NCBI GenBank assembly: GCA_041658365.1
Contig: JBBAAJ010000002.1
Span: 1 to 39,271, forward strand
DNA length: 39,271 nucleotides
Source: Candidatus Peribacteraceae bacterium
GTDB lineage: Bacteria; Patescibacteriota; Gracilibacteria; Peribacterales; Peribacteraceae
Direction of reading: 5' to 3'
The position numbers were made by a program, and so were the translations under genes. Below, in pieces: positions 24,979 through 32,229 of the stretch (position 1 is its first letter; each line of letters opens with the position of its first letter). The notes beneath the pieces were generated by a model. The model saw only the letters and a program-made list of their open reading frames with translations, was not told the DNA's origin and searched no databases.

Positions 24979-25047
24979 ATTCTATCACATTTCTGCCCCA
25001 CTTGGAAGTTGAAGCAGCCGCATAGCGTACCAATTTCGTGATAGAAT
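24979..25047. promoter_or_regulatory. perfect 10-bp inverted repeat ATTCTATCAC / GTGATAGAAT in a divergent intergenic region
   Basis: The arms are 24979-24988 and 25038-25047. Read outward, each arm is TGaTAGAAT, which resembles an extended -10. They may be mirror-image divergent promoters or an operator. Confidence 0.3.
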
Positions 25048-25055
25048 ATCCTGAT

Positions 25056-25994
25056 ATGGATGAGCCAAACCCGCCATCGGAAAACGCGCCTCCGGCACCG
25101 AAAACCGGCTTGAGCCGTGAGGAGGACATCCAACGTGCCGCAGAAATGGGACGCAAGCGCATGGAGCATGAAGCGGCCATCCGCACGCGAATAAAAACCC
25201 GCAAAGAGGAGGAGGCGCGAAAGGGACAGGAAATTGTGCGCTACGGTGAGGAACACAGAGAAGAATTGCGTGGGAAGAAGAAGGAGTACCGGCGTGGGAT
25301 CAAGGAACGTCAGAAACAGGCGGAGGAAGAGAAGAAGCGCCGCGAGAAAGAACAACAACTGGAGAAAGAGAAGGCGGAGAAGCACGCGGAGGAGAAGAAG
25401 AAGAAAGAAGGCTATATGCAGGAGATTCGCGAGGTGGCCACGCTCAAGCAGGCCATCGAAAACCGCAAGTACAAGCTGAAACTGGAGTACGAAGGCGCCT
25501 GCAAAAAAGCACGTTTCGACCGACAGCAGGTCGTGGGACAAGCTGAGTTCAAGCGGCATTCGCTGGAGCAGGAGCTGGAGCGCGAAATACGAGCGAAGAA
25601 CGCCGTTGTAGAAGCGGAAACACATCAGAAGATGTACCAGCTCGAGAGCTGGCGCCGAATGAAGCTCGCAGCGATCGACTCGGAGGCCCGTTCGCAGCAG
25701 GCAGCGCTCAGAGGCAGGAACGTGTACGAGATCGAGAAACAGCGCATGGACATCGCGGCGACATCAAGCGTGAAGCGCAAGCGCGCGGAAACCGAATTCA
25801 AAGAACGGAAACAGGAAATAGAGAACGAGGGACGCATGAAAAGCTCGAAGGTGGCCGAAGAACTGAGTGACCGCCGGACGAAGAGCGAGATGGAATACAA
25901 GCAGAAAGTGCTCGAGGCGGACCGGAAACTTGCACGGACGCTCGAGGAGCTTGCGTACAGCTACGACGCGAAACTACACGGCAAAAAGGGCTAG
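25056..25994 (+). CDS. hypothetical highly charged K/E/R-rich coiled-coil protein
   Basis: A long open frame with runs such as KQAEEEKKRREKEQQLEKEKAEKHAEEKKKKE. No TM segment or signal peptide. ATG 25056 is preferred over GTG 25038, which lies inside the inverted repeat. Confidence 0.5.
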   Translation: MDEPNPPSENAPPAPKTGLSREEDIQRAAEMGRKRMEHEAAIRTRIKTRKEEEARKGQEIVRYGEEHREELRGKKKEYRRGIKERQKQAEEEKKRREKEQQLEKEKAEKHAEEKKKKEGYMQEIREVATLKQAIENRKYKLKLEYEGACKKARFDRQQVVGQAEFKRHSLEQELEREIRAKNAVVEAETHQKMYQLESWRRMKLAAIDSEARSQQAALRGRNVYEIEKQRMDIAATSSVKRKRAETEFKERKQEIENEGRMKSSKVAEELSDRRTKSEMEYKQKVLEADRKLARTLEELAYSYDAKLHGKKG

Positions 25995-26157
25995 GGAACC
26001 ACTGATTAATCGGCAATATTCCACATCAGCAGCCGCCGTCCCGGCCGCGGCGAATGAAGAATTGCCGCGTTGTCCATCACGCAAACACCGCGGCTTGGAA
26101 AGCCGCTGCTGTTATGTTGTTTATCGCAAGTAATGGCATTAATCAGAGCTTCCCTAG
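25991..26157 (+). repeat. ~165-nt structured element, copy 2
   Basis: Its core is nearly identical to 7552-7660. The terminal stem pairs gggaaccactgattaat (25994-26010) with attaatcagagcttccc (26138-26154). Its first bases include the TAG stop (25992-25994) of the upstream gene. It ends 43 nt from the 3' end of tRNA-Leu. Confidence 0.6.
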
Positions 26158-26199
26158 TTTAAAAACTGAACCTTCTTACAATCTCGGATCCACTTCTGC

Positions 26200-26287
26200 T
26201 GGTGCCGGGGGAGAGATTTGAACTCTCAAGGAGGTAAACCTCCACTGGCTCCTAAGGCCAGCGCGTCTGCCATTCCGCCACCCCGGC
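26200..26287 (-). tRNA. tRNA-Leu, anticodon UAG, long variable arm, CCA encoded
   Basis: The minus strand reads GCCGGGGTGGCGGAATGGCAGACGCGCTGGCCTTAGGAGCCAGTGGAGGTTTACCTCCTTGAGAGTTCAAATCTCTCCCCCGGCACCA. The acceptor stem is 7 bp. The anticodon stem CTGGC/GCCAG closes the loop CTTAGGA. The T arm is GAGAG-TTCAAAT-CTCTC. Confidence 0.93.
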
Positions 26288-26396
26288 AGAAATGCCAAGA
26301 TTTCCTAACCTGAATAATATCATTGAAAGGATTTTCCTGTAGGCGACGGATACCGTCCAGAAAATATCGTACGTTGTTACCGCAGAGAAACGATTT

Positions 26397-28679
26397 TTAC
26401 TGCCCCATCCTCTTCTCCTTCTCCGTCCGCAGTGCAGCTTCGAGCTCACCAAGGACCGCCTTCAGCCGTGCACGGTCCATCGGCTCGGTCGCTCTCCGTC
26501 CGCTCCTCTCATTCAACATCGGAAGGAGGTCTTTCTTTTCCTGAAGCACTTTCTTCATCACCTCGGCGGATTTCTGCTTCTGATTGACACGGCGGTTGAG
26601 AGGGCCTTCATCGAGGGTCATCGTGACCTTCCCATCCTGTGTTCCATCGACGTACAGGCAGCTACTCAGCCCCGGAGCATCGCCGAAGATCTTTAGGAGC
26701 ATGGTATCCAGCTGTTGCCCTACCTGCTTCGGATCAAGTGGCTCGACTGGCTTCTCCGTTCCTTCCGCAGGCAGCGTTCCCGGCGCACCGCCTTTCTTCG
26801 CGTCTGCGGATTCTCCGGCAGCCTGCTGTGTAACCACGGATCCTGCTTTGTGCTCCTCCAGTCCGAAATCTTTATCGAATCGTTTCAGACTTGTTTCGTG
26901 ATCCTCAATTCCGCTCTGCAGCCTTGTTCTGGACTCTTTCAGCTTGCGGAGACTCTCAGTGTACGTAAGCCGTTCCTTATCGGTGATATCAGGCTTCTTG
27001 AGTAATTCCTCCAGTCGCCCGATGTCCACGTCGAGTTTTTTCACTAGTTCTTTGGATTCTGCGATACTTCTCCATCCTTGGATACTTGTTTCTCCGGCGC
27101 TCTGGGTCGGCGTCTTCTTCCCGCCGAGCTTCTTAAGTATTCCCATCGTCATCTGGATGAAGCCGACGATGAGTCCGATGAAACGCCCGTTGGCGGGGAG
27201 CATCTCGACCTTCCCGTTCGCGAAGTTGCTTCCGTCCACATCTACTCCCTCCATGCGAAGTGATCCCTCCGCGATGAGCTTGTCCTCCTCCGTCTCCGCT
27301 TTCGTGAAGCGTTCCGCGTACTTCAGGATCTTCGCCTTCTTCGCGGGATTCTTCTCGAGGTCGAGTGAGTAGCCCTCTGTTTTCCGTTGGCGTTCCTGTG
27401 AGACGTCTGTCGCGCACCTGAAGACACGATTGAGAACGTTCCTCTGTTCCGGTGAAAGACTGCCGAGGAATTCGGAAACTTTTTTGACGGCTTCGGGAGA
27501 AATATTGTGCTTTGCCATTGCCGCTTTTTCATTCTGGAACACCTGGTTCAACTCCTCTGCCGTCGAGAGTTCTCCTGTTAGACTGATTGGCAGAGCGTGG
27601 AAAATATCTTTGCATTTCGGGTCTTTCAGGATTTCCACCAACTTGCCTCCGGCTTCTTCCAGAGCCTGTTTCTCCGCCGGACTCAATCCATCGATGAGCC
27701 GCGCCATCGGTCGCTGGACATCCGGCGGGAGATTGGCGAAGAGCTGTGCCATCTCCGGACTGAGTGCCGGCATCGGCTGCGCCTCCGGTCCCATGGGTAT
27801 TCCCTTCGCCTCTTCACCCTGTTCACGCAGAATGAAGCCCTTGGCCGTGCGCTCCGGCGGTGCGAACTGCGGACCGCGAGGCATGGACTGCGACGGCCCC
27901 TCTACCGGTATATCAACCGGTGTGAGTACCAATGGCTCTTCCGTCGGGTAGCGCGTTTCCTGCCGAAGAGCGGCTTCATTGAGGATGCGGTCGTCGGCCG
28001 AACCGGAACGCATCACGTCCATGAACATGTTCCTGTTCAGTTGCCCGGTGCGCATCCTGTCGCGCCGCTGGCCAAATGCCTGCAGATCCTTGGCGGCATG
28101 TTGCCATTCGTACCATTTATCTCGGGTGACGGGGTTTCCGCGCAGTCGTCTCACGTTGATCGTCCTCTCGATCTTACTGAGTTCCCATTTCGCCGTGCGC
28201 TCGCCTACGAGTTTCGGTTTTTCCCTTGCGGTCATGGATGCGACATCCTCGACGAAGGAGCCTGCGCGATCGATCTCGCCCCGTTTTGACCAGAGTTCCT
28301 GCATCTTCGCGTCATGCGCATTCAAGACCGGCTGCGTGAGGTCGGAGAGATACTGCCCCGGATTATTCGCGTACTGCGGAGCTGCGGTCACCTGGTCGGG
28401 TGAATGGAGCTGTGGTGTATTGCGCATACTCAGAACTCCGCGCATGAATTGCATTTGATTAGCATCATCTGTAGCAGTGATCATTTCCTGCGGCGTTTTC
28501 GGTCCTTCCGGCTGCTGCGGCCCTTTCGGGCCTTCCTGAAAACCTATGCCCATCTGCTCCGAGAGCAGGCGCTGTTCTCGGGAGGAAGGCGAAAATGGTG
28601 TGAGTTTTTGCATGTTGAAAGCGTTATGCCGTAATTCCTCTGTCGAGATTTGCTTCCGCTTGCTCCTCTTCATGATCAT
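26397..28679 (-). CDS. hypothetical large charged protein (up to 760 aa) with one central hydrophobic segment
   Basis: A long open frame with coding-like composition. It has one hydrophobic stretch (FIGLIVGFIQMTMGIL) and Pro/Gln-rich N-terminal tracts. The start is uncertain (28679, 28673 or 28613). No family recognised. Confidence 0.55.
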   Translation of the reverse strand: MIMKRSKRKQISTEELRHNAFNMQKLTPFSPSSREQRLLSEQMGIGFQEGPKGPQQPEGPKTPQEMITATDDANQMQFMRGVLSMRNTPQLHSPDQVTAAPQYANNPGQYLSDLTQPVLNAHDAKMQELWSKRGEIDRAGSFVEDVASMTAREKPKLVGERTAKWELSKIERTINVRRLRGNPVTRDKWYEWQHAAKDLQAFGQRRDRMRTGQLNRNMFMDVMRSGSADDRILNEAALRQETRYPTEEPLVLTPVDIPVEGPSQSMPRGPQFAPPERTAKGFILREQGEEAKGIPMGPEAQPMPALSPEMAQLFANLPPDVQRPMARLIDGLSPAEKQALEEAGGKLVEILKDPKCKDIFHALPISLTGELSTAEELNQVFQNEKAAMAKHNISPEAVKKVSEFLGSLSPEQRNVLNRVFRCATDVSQERQRKTEGYSLDLEKNPAKKAKILKYAERFTKAETEEDKLIAEGSLRMEGVDVDGSNFANGKVEMLPANGRFIGLIVGFIQMTMGILKKLGGKKTPTQSAGETSIQGWRSIAESKELVKKLDVDIGRLEELLKKPDITDKERLTYTESLRKLKESRTRLQSGIEDHETSLKRFDKDFGLEEHKAGSVVTQQAAGESADAKKGGAPGTLPAEGTEKPVEPLDPKQVGQQLDTMLLKIFGDAPGLSSCLYVDGTQDGKVTMTLDEGPLNRRVNQKQKSAEVMKKVLQEKKDLLPMLNERSGRRATEPMDRARLKAVLGELEAALRTEKEKRMGQ

Positions 28680-28986
28680 GTGCCGCGCTTTCCACGAACG
28701 TGCGGTAGGCGCTGATCTCTTTTTGAATCAAGGTGAAGTATTCTCCGGTCTGTTCGTTGTACTCGGCCATCGCCCGCTGGAAATCTCCGATGATCCGCTT
28801 CTTTTCCTCGGGCGAGGCCTGCTTCAGCTGTTCTCCGGTCTGCTTCTGTCTCTCGAGCGTGAAGCGTTCGTCGATGCCCGACATGATGCCGTCGAACAGT
28901 TCGGCAGCAGTGGGCATCGTGGGGGTAGTGAGCACGGTGTCGTCCGCTCCTGAAGTATTTTGGGTTTGTGTGTTATTCACACACAT
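28624..28986 (-). CDS. hypothetical small acidic protein (up to 120 aa)
   Basis: The ORF lies immediately upstream of the 760-aa ORF and overlaps it. The start is uncertain because a -10-like box abuts the ATG at 28986. Confidence 0.4.
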   Translation of the reverse strand: MCVNNTQTQNTSGADDTVLTTPTMPTAAELFDGIMSGIDERFTLERQKQTGEQLKQASPEEKKRIIGDFQRAMAEYNEQTGEYFTLIQKEISAYRTFVESAAHDHEEEQAEANLDRGITA

Positions 28987-29015
28987 ATTTTACCAGAAAA
29001 ACCACTTCTTTACAA
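28987..29015 (-). promoter_or_regulatory. candidate sigma70-type promoter for the 28986-26397 operon
   Basis: The minus strand reads TTGTAA (29015-29010), a 17-nt spacer, then TAAAAT (28992-28987). The -10 box abuts the annotated ATG. This implies a downstream start, for example the in-frame GTG at 28980 as a leaderless start. Confidence 0.35.
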
Positions 29016-29090
29016 TGTAGTGGTCTGTAACCGCTCACTGACGTTGCCACCCGCTTCAGCTGAGCCATGAAGTCACTTCCATAAACGAGA

Positions 29091-29106
29091 GCGGGTATCT
29101 ACCCGC
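29091..29106. promoter_or_regulatory. perfect palindrome GCGGGTA-TC-TACCCGC (third copy of the motif seen at 20450-20515)
   Basis: It sits in the divergent intergenic region between the 28986 operon and the SLH-protein gene. Flanks gag...gt are shared with the 20500 copy. Confidence 0.3.
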
Positions 29107-29207
29107 GTTTGGGGATCATTGCTGAAACTTGTCGATCGCAGGTACCAGAAAATCCGGCTCAGAGCAATGAGTGGGGGTGCGGAGATTTCTGGAGGGTATG
29201 GAGAGGT

Positions 29208-29269
29208 CAGTATTCAGTATTCAGGAGGATGTTCTTCCCTGTATACCGTCTACTGAATACTGCATACTG
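29208..29269 (+). promoter_or_regulatory. 17-bp hairpin with tandem-repeat arms immediately upstream of the SLH-protein start codon
   Basis: cagtattcagtattcag (29208-29224) pairs with ctgaatactgcatactg (29253-29269) with one mismatch. The right arm ends 5 nt before the ATG at 29275. Confidence 0.5.
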
Positions 29270-29274
29270 GTGTC

Positions 29275-30912
29275 ATGCGCCGCCTCTCCCCGCTTGTTCC
29301 GCTCCTCGCACTCGTTCCAGCACTTGCTTTTGCGCTCGACTTCACGCCCGTGAAACGATTCGTTGACGTCCGCGAAACCTCGCGCGAGGCGGCGGGGATA
29401 TCTCTCCTCGCCCGCGAGGGCATCGTGCAGGGGTACTCTGGGAAATACTTCGGCCCTTCACGGAGGATCAACCGCGCGGAGTTTCTGAAGATCGCCATGA
29501 TGAGTGCCGGGAAGAATGGGACAGCTTTCACGCCGAAAACATGCTTTTTGGACGTGCGTGAGGGAGACTGGTTCAGCCCTTACATCTGCGCCGCGAAAGA
29601 TCAGAGCATTGTGAAGGGACGCACGCCGGAACGCTTCCAGCCGGAAGATACCGTCAGCTACGGGGAAGCCCTCAAGATGCTCACGCTCCTCTATGGGTAC
29701 AAGATCCCCATGGAGAACTCAGCCGATTGGGCGGAACCCTACTATCTGGCGGCGGCTGACCATGAGACTGATATTCCCGTGACCATCCGCCTCGATTCGC
29801 CGCTCACCCGAGGGCTCGCCGCCAGGCTCGTCGGCGCTTTCCTCGCGGAGTCGAAGGGTGAGCTCGATCGGTTCCGCCTGGCGGAGAGCGGCATTTATCC
29901 CTCTTCTTCGAGCCAAAGTTCCAGCAGTACCTCGGCTTCGTCGGCCTCTCTCGCCTCGGCGAAGCCTTCGGGCGAAGACGGGTCCTTTTTCACCCTTCCT
30001 CCCGTCAGCCATTTCCTCGTCGTCGGCCGGGCATCGGACGCACTCGCTTCGGCGACTATCCGGAGTGTCGGCGAAACGGCGCACATTGCCGCGGTGCAGG
30101 TGAAGTTCTTCGCCGAGGCGCGGTCTGTGAAGAGGTTCGAGCTTACGACACTCACGGGGAGCGTGGTCGCTGTCCTCAAGCAGCGCACCACCAACGACAC
30201 GTCGGACTACAAGCAGATCTATGAGGCGCAGATCAACGCGAATGAGCAAGTGCAGATTCCCGCCGATACCGACGTGCCGCTCGTCCTCCGCGCGCTCGTC
30301 CGGGGAATCGACGACAACGGGTTCTCGGACGAGCTTCTCGAGGTACGGTCGTTCATCATCACCTTCATTGGCGACCAGTCGAATGAAACGAAGAGTGTCG
30401 TGACACCTCCGCCGTTCCCCAAACACCAGGTGGCTTTCGGGCGCCTCGCGCGCATCGAGCGCATCTCGCCGGAGAACGAAGTGCTTGCGTCAGGGACGGG
30501 CGTCGTCGTGAGCGCGTTCGGATTCACTGCTGATGTGATTCCAGAGAAGACCCTGAGCCTCACGCAACTGATCTTCACACTGCAGCGGAGCGGAGACTTC
30601 TCCGTACAGAATTGGCGGATCGGTCGGCAAGGATCCTCTCTGGAGGTTCCCTGTACTTCAGGACAAGACAGCACGCTCACCTGCTCGAATCTGAGCGATG
30701 TGATAGGAGTCATGAAGGCTGGAGTCGCCATCCTCGAACTCCGTGCCGATATCGCGGTTCCACGGGATTCCGTGAGCCATATGCTTCAAACCTCGCTCAT
30801 TGATCCCGGATCCCCCTCTTCGCTCGGGAGTGTCCAATGGACCGACCAGTCGGGCGAGTTTCGTTGGGTGGAGGGGCATACCCCGCTGGTGTGGGGGACC
30901 CTTCTGCGATAG
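29275..30912 (+). CDS. exported S-layer-homology (SLH) domain protein
   Basis: Signal peptide MRRLSPLVPLLALVPALAFA. Two SLH-like modules are present (FVDVRETSREAAGISLLAREGIVQGYSGKYFGPSRRINRAEFLKI and FLDVREGDWFSPYICAAKDQSIVKGRTPERFQPEDTVSYGEALKML). These are followed by a Ser-rich linker and a C-terminal domain of unknown type. Confidence 0.7.
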   Translation: MRRLSPLVPLLALVPALAFALDFTPVKRFVDVRETSREAAGISLLAREGIVQGYSGKYFGPSRRINRAEFLKIAMMSAGKNGTAFTPKTCFLDVREGDWFSPYICAAKDQSIVKGRTPERFQPEDTVSYGEALKMLTLLYGYKIPMENSADWAEPYYLAAADHETDIPVTIRLDSPLTRGLAARLVGAFLAESKGELDRFRLAESGIYPSSSSQSSSSTSASSASLASAKPSGEDGSFFTLPPVSHFLVVGRASDALASATIRSVGETAHIAAVQVKFFAEARSVKRFELTTLTGSVVAVLKQRTTNDTSDYKQIYEAQINANEQVQIPADTDVPLVLRALVRGIDDNGFSDELLEVRSFIITFIGDQSNETKSVVTPPPFPKHQVAFGRLARIERISPENEVLASGTGVVVSAFGFTADVIPEKTLSLTQLIFTLQRSGDFSVQNWRIGRQGSSLEVPCTSGQDSTLTCSNLSDVIGVMKAGVAILELRADIAVPRDSVSHMLQTSLIDPGSPSSLGSVQWTDQSGEFRWVEGHTPLVWGTLLR

Positions 30913-30960
30913 CCCCCATTCGTTTCGCAAAGCGCACAGCCGGGGGACCGACCGCGCGCT

Positions 30961-31160
30961 TTAGACGCAGAAAAACGTTCCTTCTTTCGCCTTATGCGTC
31001 TTCGCGATATACATGATACGATTGTTCATCTGAATTTTTCTTCATGGCGGCGTAGCGATACCTGTCCGGCGAAGTCCGCCGAGGGGGACGAAGTCGGATC
31101 GCTTCGCCGCCATTGGAATAAACTTCAAAAAAACATTCGTAGCGTTTTCATCGCGAAGCC
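30961..31160. repeat. nested hairpin region between convergent genes (likely terminator/stabiliser)
   Basis: agacgca (30963-30969) pairs with tgcgtct (30995-31001). cttcgcgat (31000-31008) pairs with atcgcgaag (31150-31158). The 16-bp stem atggcggcgtagcgat (31044-31059) pairs with atcgcttcgccgccat (31098-31113) with one mismatch. Confidence 0.6.
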
Positions 31161-31163
31161 GTA

Positions 31164-31265
31164 TTAGAAGTTCGCGACGATCACGATGAGGAAGCCGCTG
31201 GCGAAGGCGGTCCACAGTGTCGCGAGAACTGTAAGCTTTTCCCGGGTTTTGGGGTCAAGCTGCAT
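31164..31265 (-). CDS. possible 33-aa small membrane protein
   Basis: MQLDPKTREKLTVLATLWTAFASGFLIVIVANF has one TM-like helix. It lies 44 nt downstream of pyrF on the same strand. It is below the ORF-track cut-off and has no clear SD. Confidence 0.25.
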   Translation of the reverse strand: MQLDPKTREKLTVLATLWTAFASGFLIVIVANF

Positions 31266-31308
31266 ATGGGTATTGGGGAATACTTGTTATATTATACAAT
31301 AATTAGAT

Positions 31309-32154
31309 TTACTTTGCAAGTACTTCCAAAAGGTCTCTGGACATCTCTTTTGCAGCTTTCTCTGCTGCTTGCTGCCAATCTTTTCCCTTCGAAGCGAAGA
31401 TGACACTCCGTGAGGCGGCGACGATCGCGCCGGTGCCGTTCTTGAGAAAGCCTGGGAGACAGTCCTTGGCAGTCGCCCCCTGTGCGCCGAACCCGGGGAG
31501 GAGGAAGGGAACGTGGGGCATGAGGGTCCTCAGGTACTTGAGTTCCTCGGGGTACGTGGCGCCGACGACTGCCCCGATACAGGAGAGGCCGGTCTCCTGC
31601 CCGAGAGAGAGCGTCGCCCAGCTCTCCACGAGCTGTGCCAGGTGCTCGTGGACGACCTCATCGCCGACCGGAAGGTCCTGCAACTCCCCAGAACTCGGGT
31701 TGCTGTTCTTCACCTGAATGTAGATTCCCTTCGCATTCTTCATGCACCGCTCGATGAAGGGCTTGATGCCGTCCGAGCCCATGAACGGCGTGACCGTGAG
31801 CGCGTCGATCGGCGACAAGGCGCTCAGATATGCATCCGCGTAGGCTTCGCAGGTGGAACCGATGTCGTTGCGTTTCCCGTCGGCGATGACGATAAACCCC
31901 TGCTTCTTTGCGTATTCGCAGGTCTCGAAAAACACTTTCATCCCTTCCCATCCGAGCACCTCGTAGTACGCCATCTGCGGTTTCACGGCCGCCGCAATCC
32001 CCTTCACCGCGTCGATGATCCCCTTTCCGAAGGTCAACACCCCCGCTGGATCTTTCGAGATTCCTTCGGGCAGTTTCGAGAGGGCCGGATCCAGCCCGAC
32101 GCAGACGGGGGAGGTTTCCCGGATCTTCCGCGCGAGAGCGTCGGCGAAGTGCAT
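31309..32154 (-). CDS. pyrF: orotidine 5'-phosphate decarboxylase (type 2)
   Basis: It starts MHFADALARKIRETSPVCVGLDP. It also has IADGKRNDIGST and C-terminal LLPGFGAQG motifs typical of type-2 OMP decarboxylase. The upstream extension to 32505 was rejected. Confidence 0.85.
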   Translation of the reverse strand: MHFADALARKIRETSPVCVGLDPALSKLPEGISKDPAGVLTFGKGIIDAVKGIAAAVKPQMAYYEVLGWEGMKVFFETCEYAKKQGFIVIADGKRNDIGSTCEAYADAYLSALSPIDALTVTPFMGSDGIKPFIERCMKNAKGIYIQVKNSNPSSGELQDLPVGDEVVHEHLAQLVESWATLSLGQETGLSCIGAVVGATYPEELKYLRTLMPHVPFLLPGFGAQGATAKDCLPGFLKNGTGAIVAASRSVIFASKGKDWQQAAEKAAKEMSRDLLEVLAK

Positions 32155-32229
32155 CGTGCACGATGGTACAGAAAAGCGGATCGGTGTGCCACGTTCAGGT
32201 GATGCAGAACGGAAGAAGATGAGAAACGA

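Noticed and set aside
22840-26287. An integrative element inserted at the 3' end of tRNA-Leu.
   Set aside because: No integrase or recombinase gene is present. I found no direct repeat of the tRNA 3' end near 22833-22900. Only the compositional shift of the PLD islet supports foreign origin.
29109-29366. ORF 29109-29366, which contains a strong AGGAGG directly followed by an internal ATG (29228).
   Set aside because: The SD-to-ATG spacing is essentially zero. The ORF overlaps the signal-peptide-encoding start of the SLH gene in another frame, and its translation is Cys/Arg-rich and non-protein-like.
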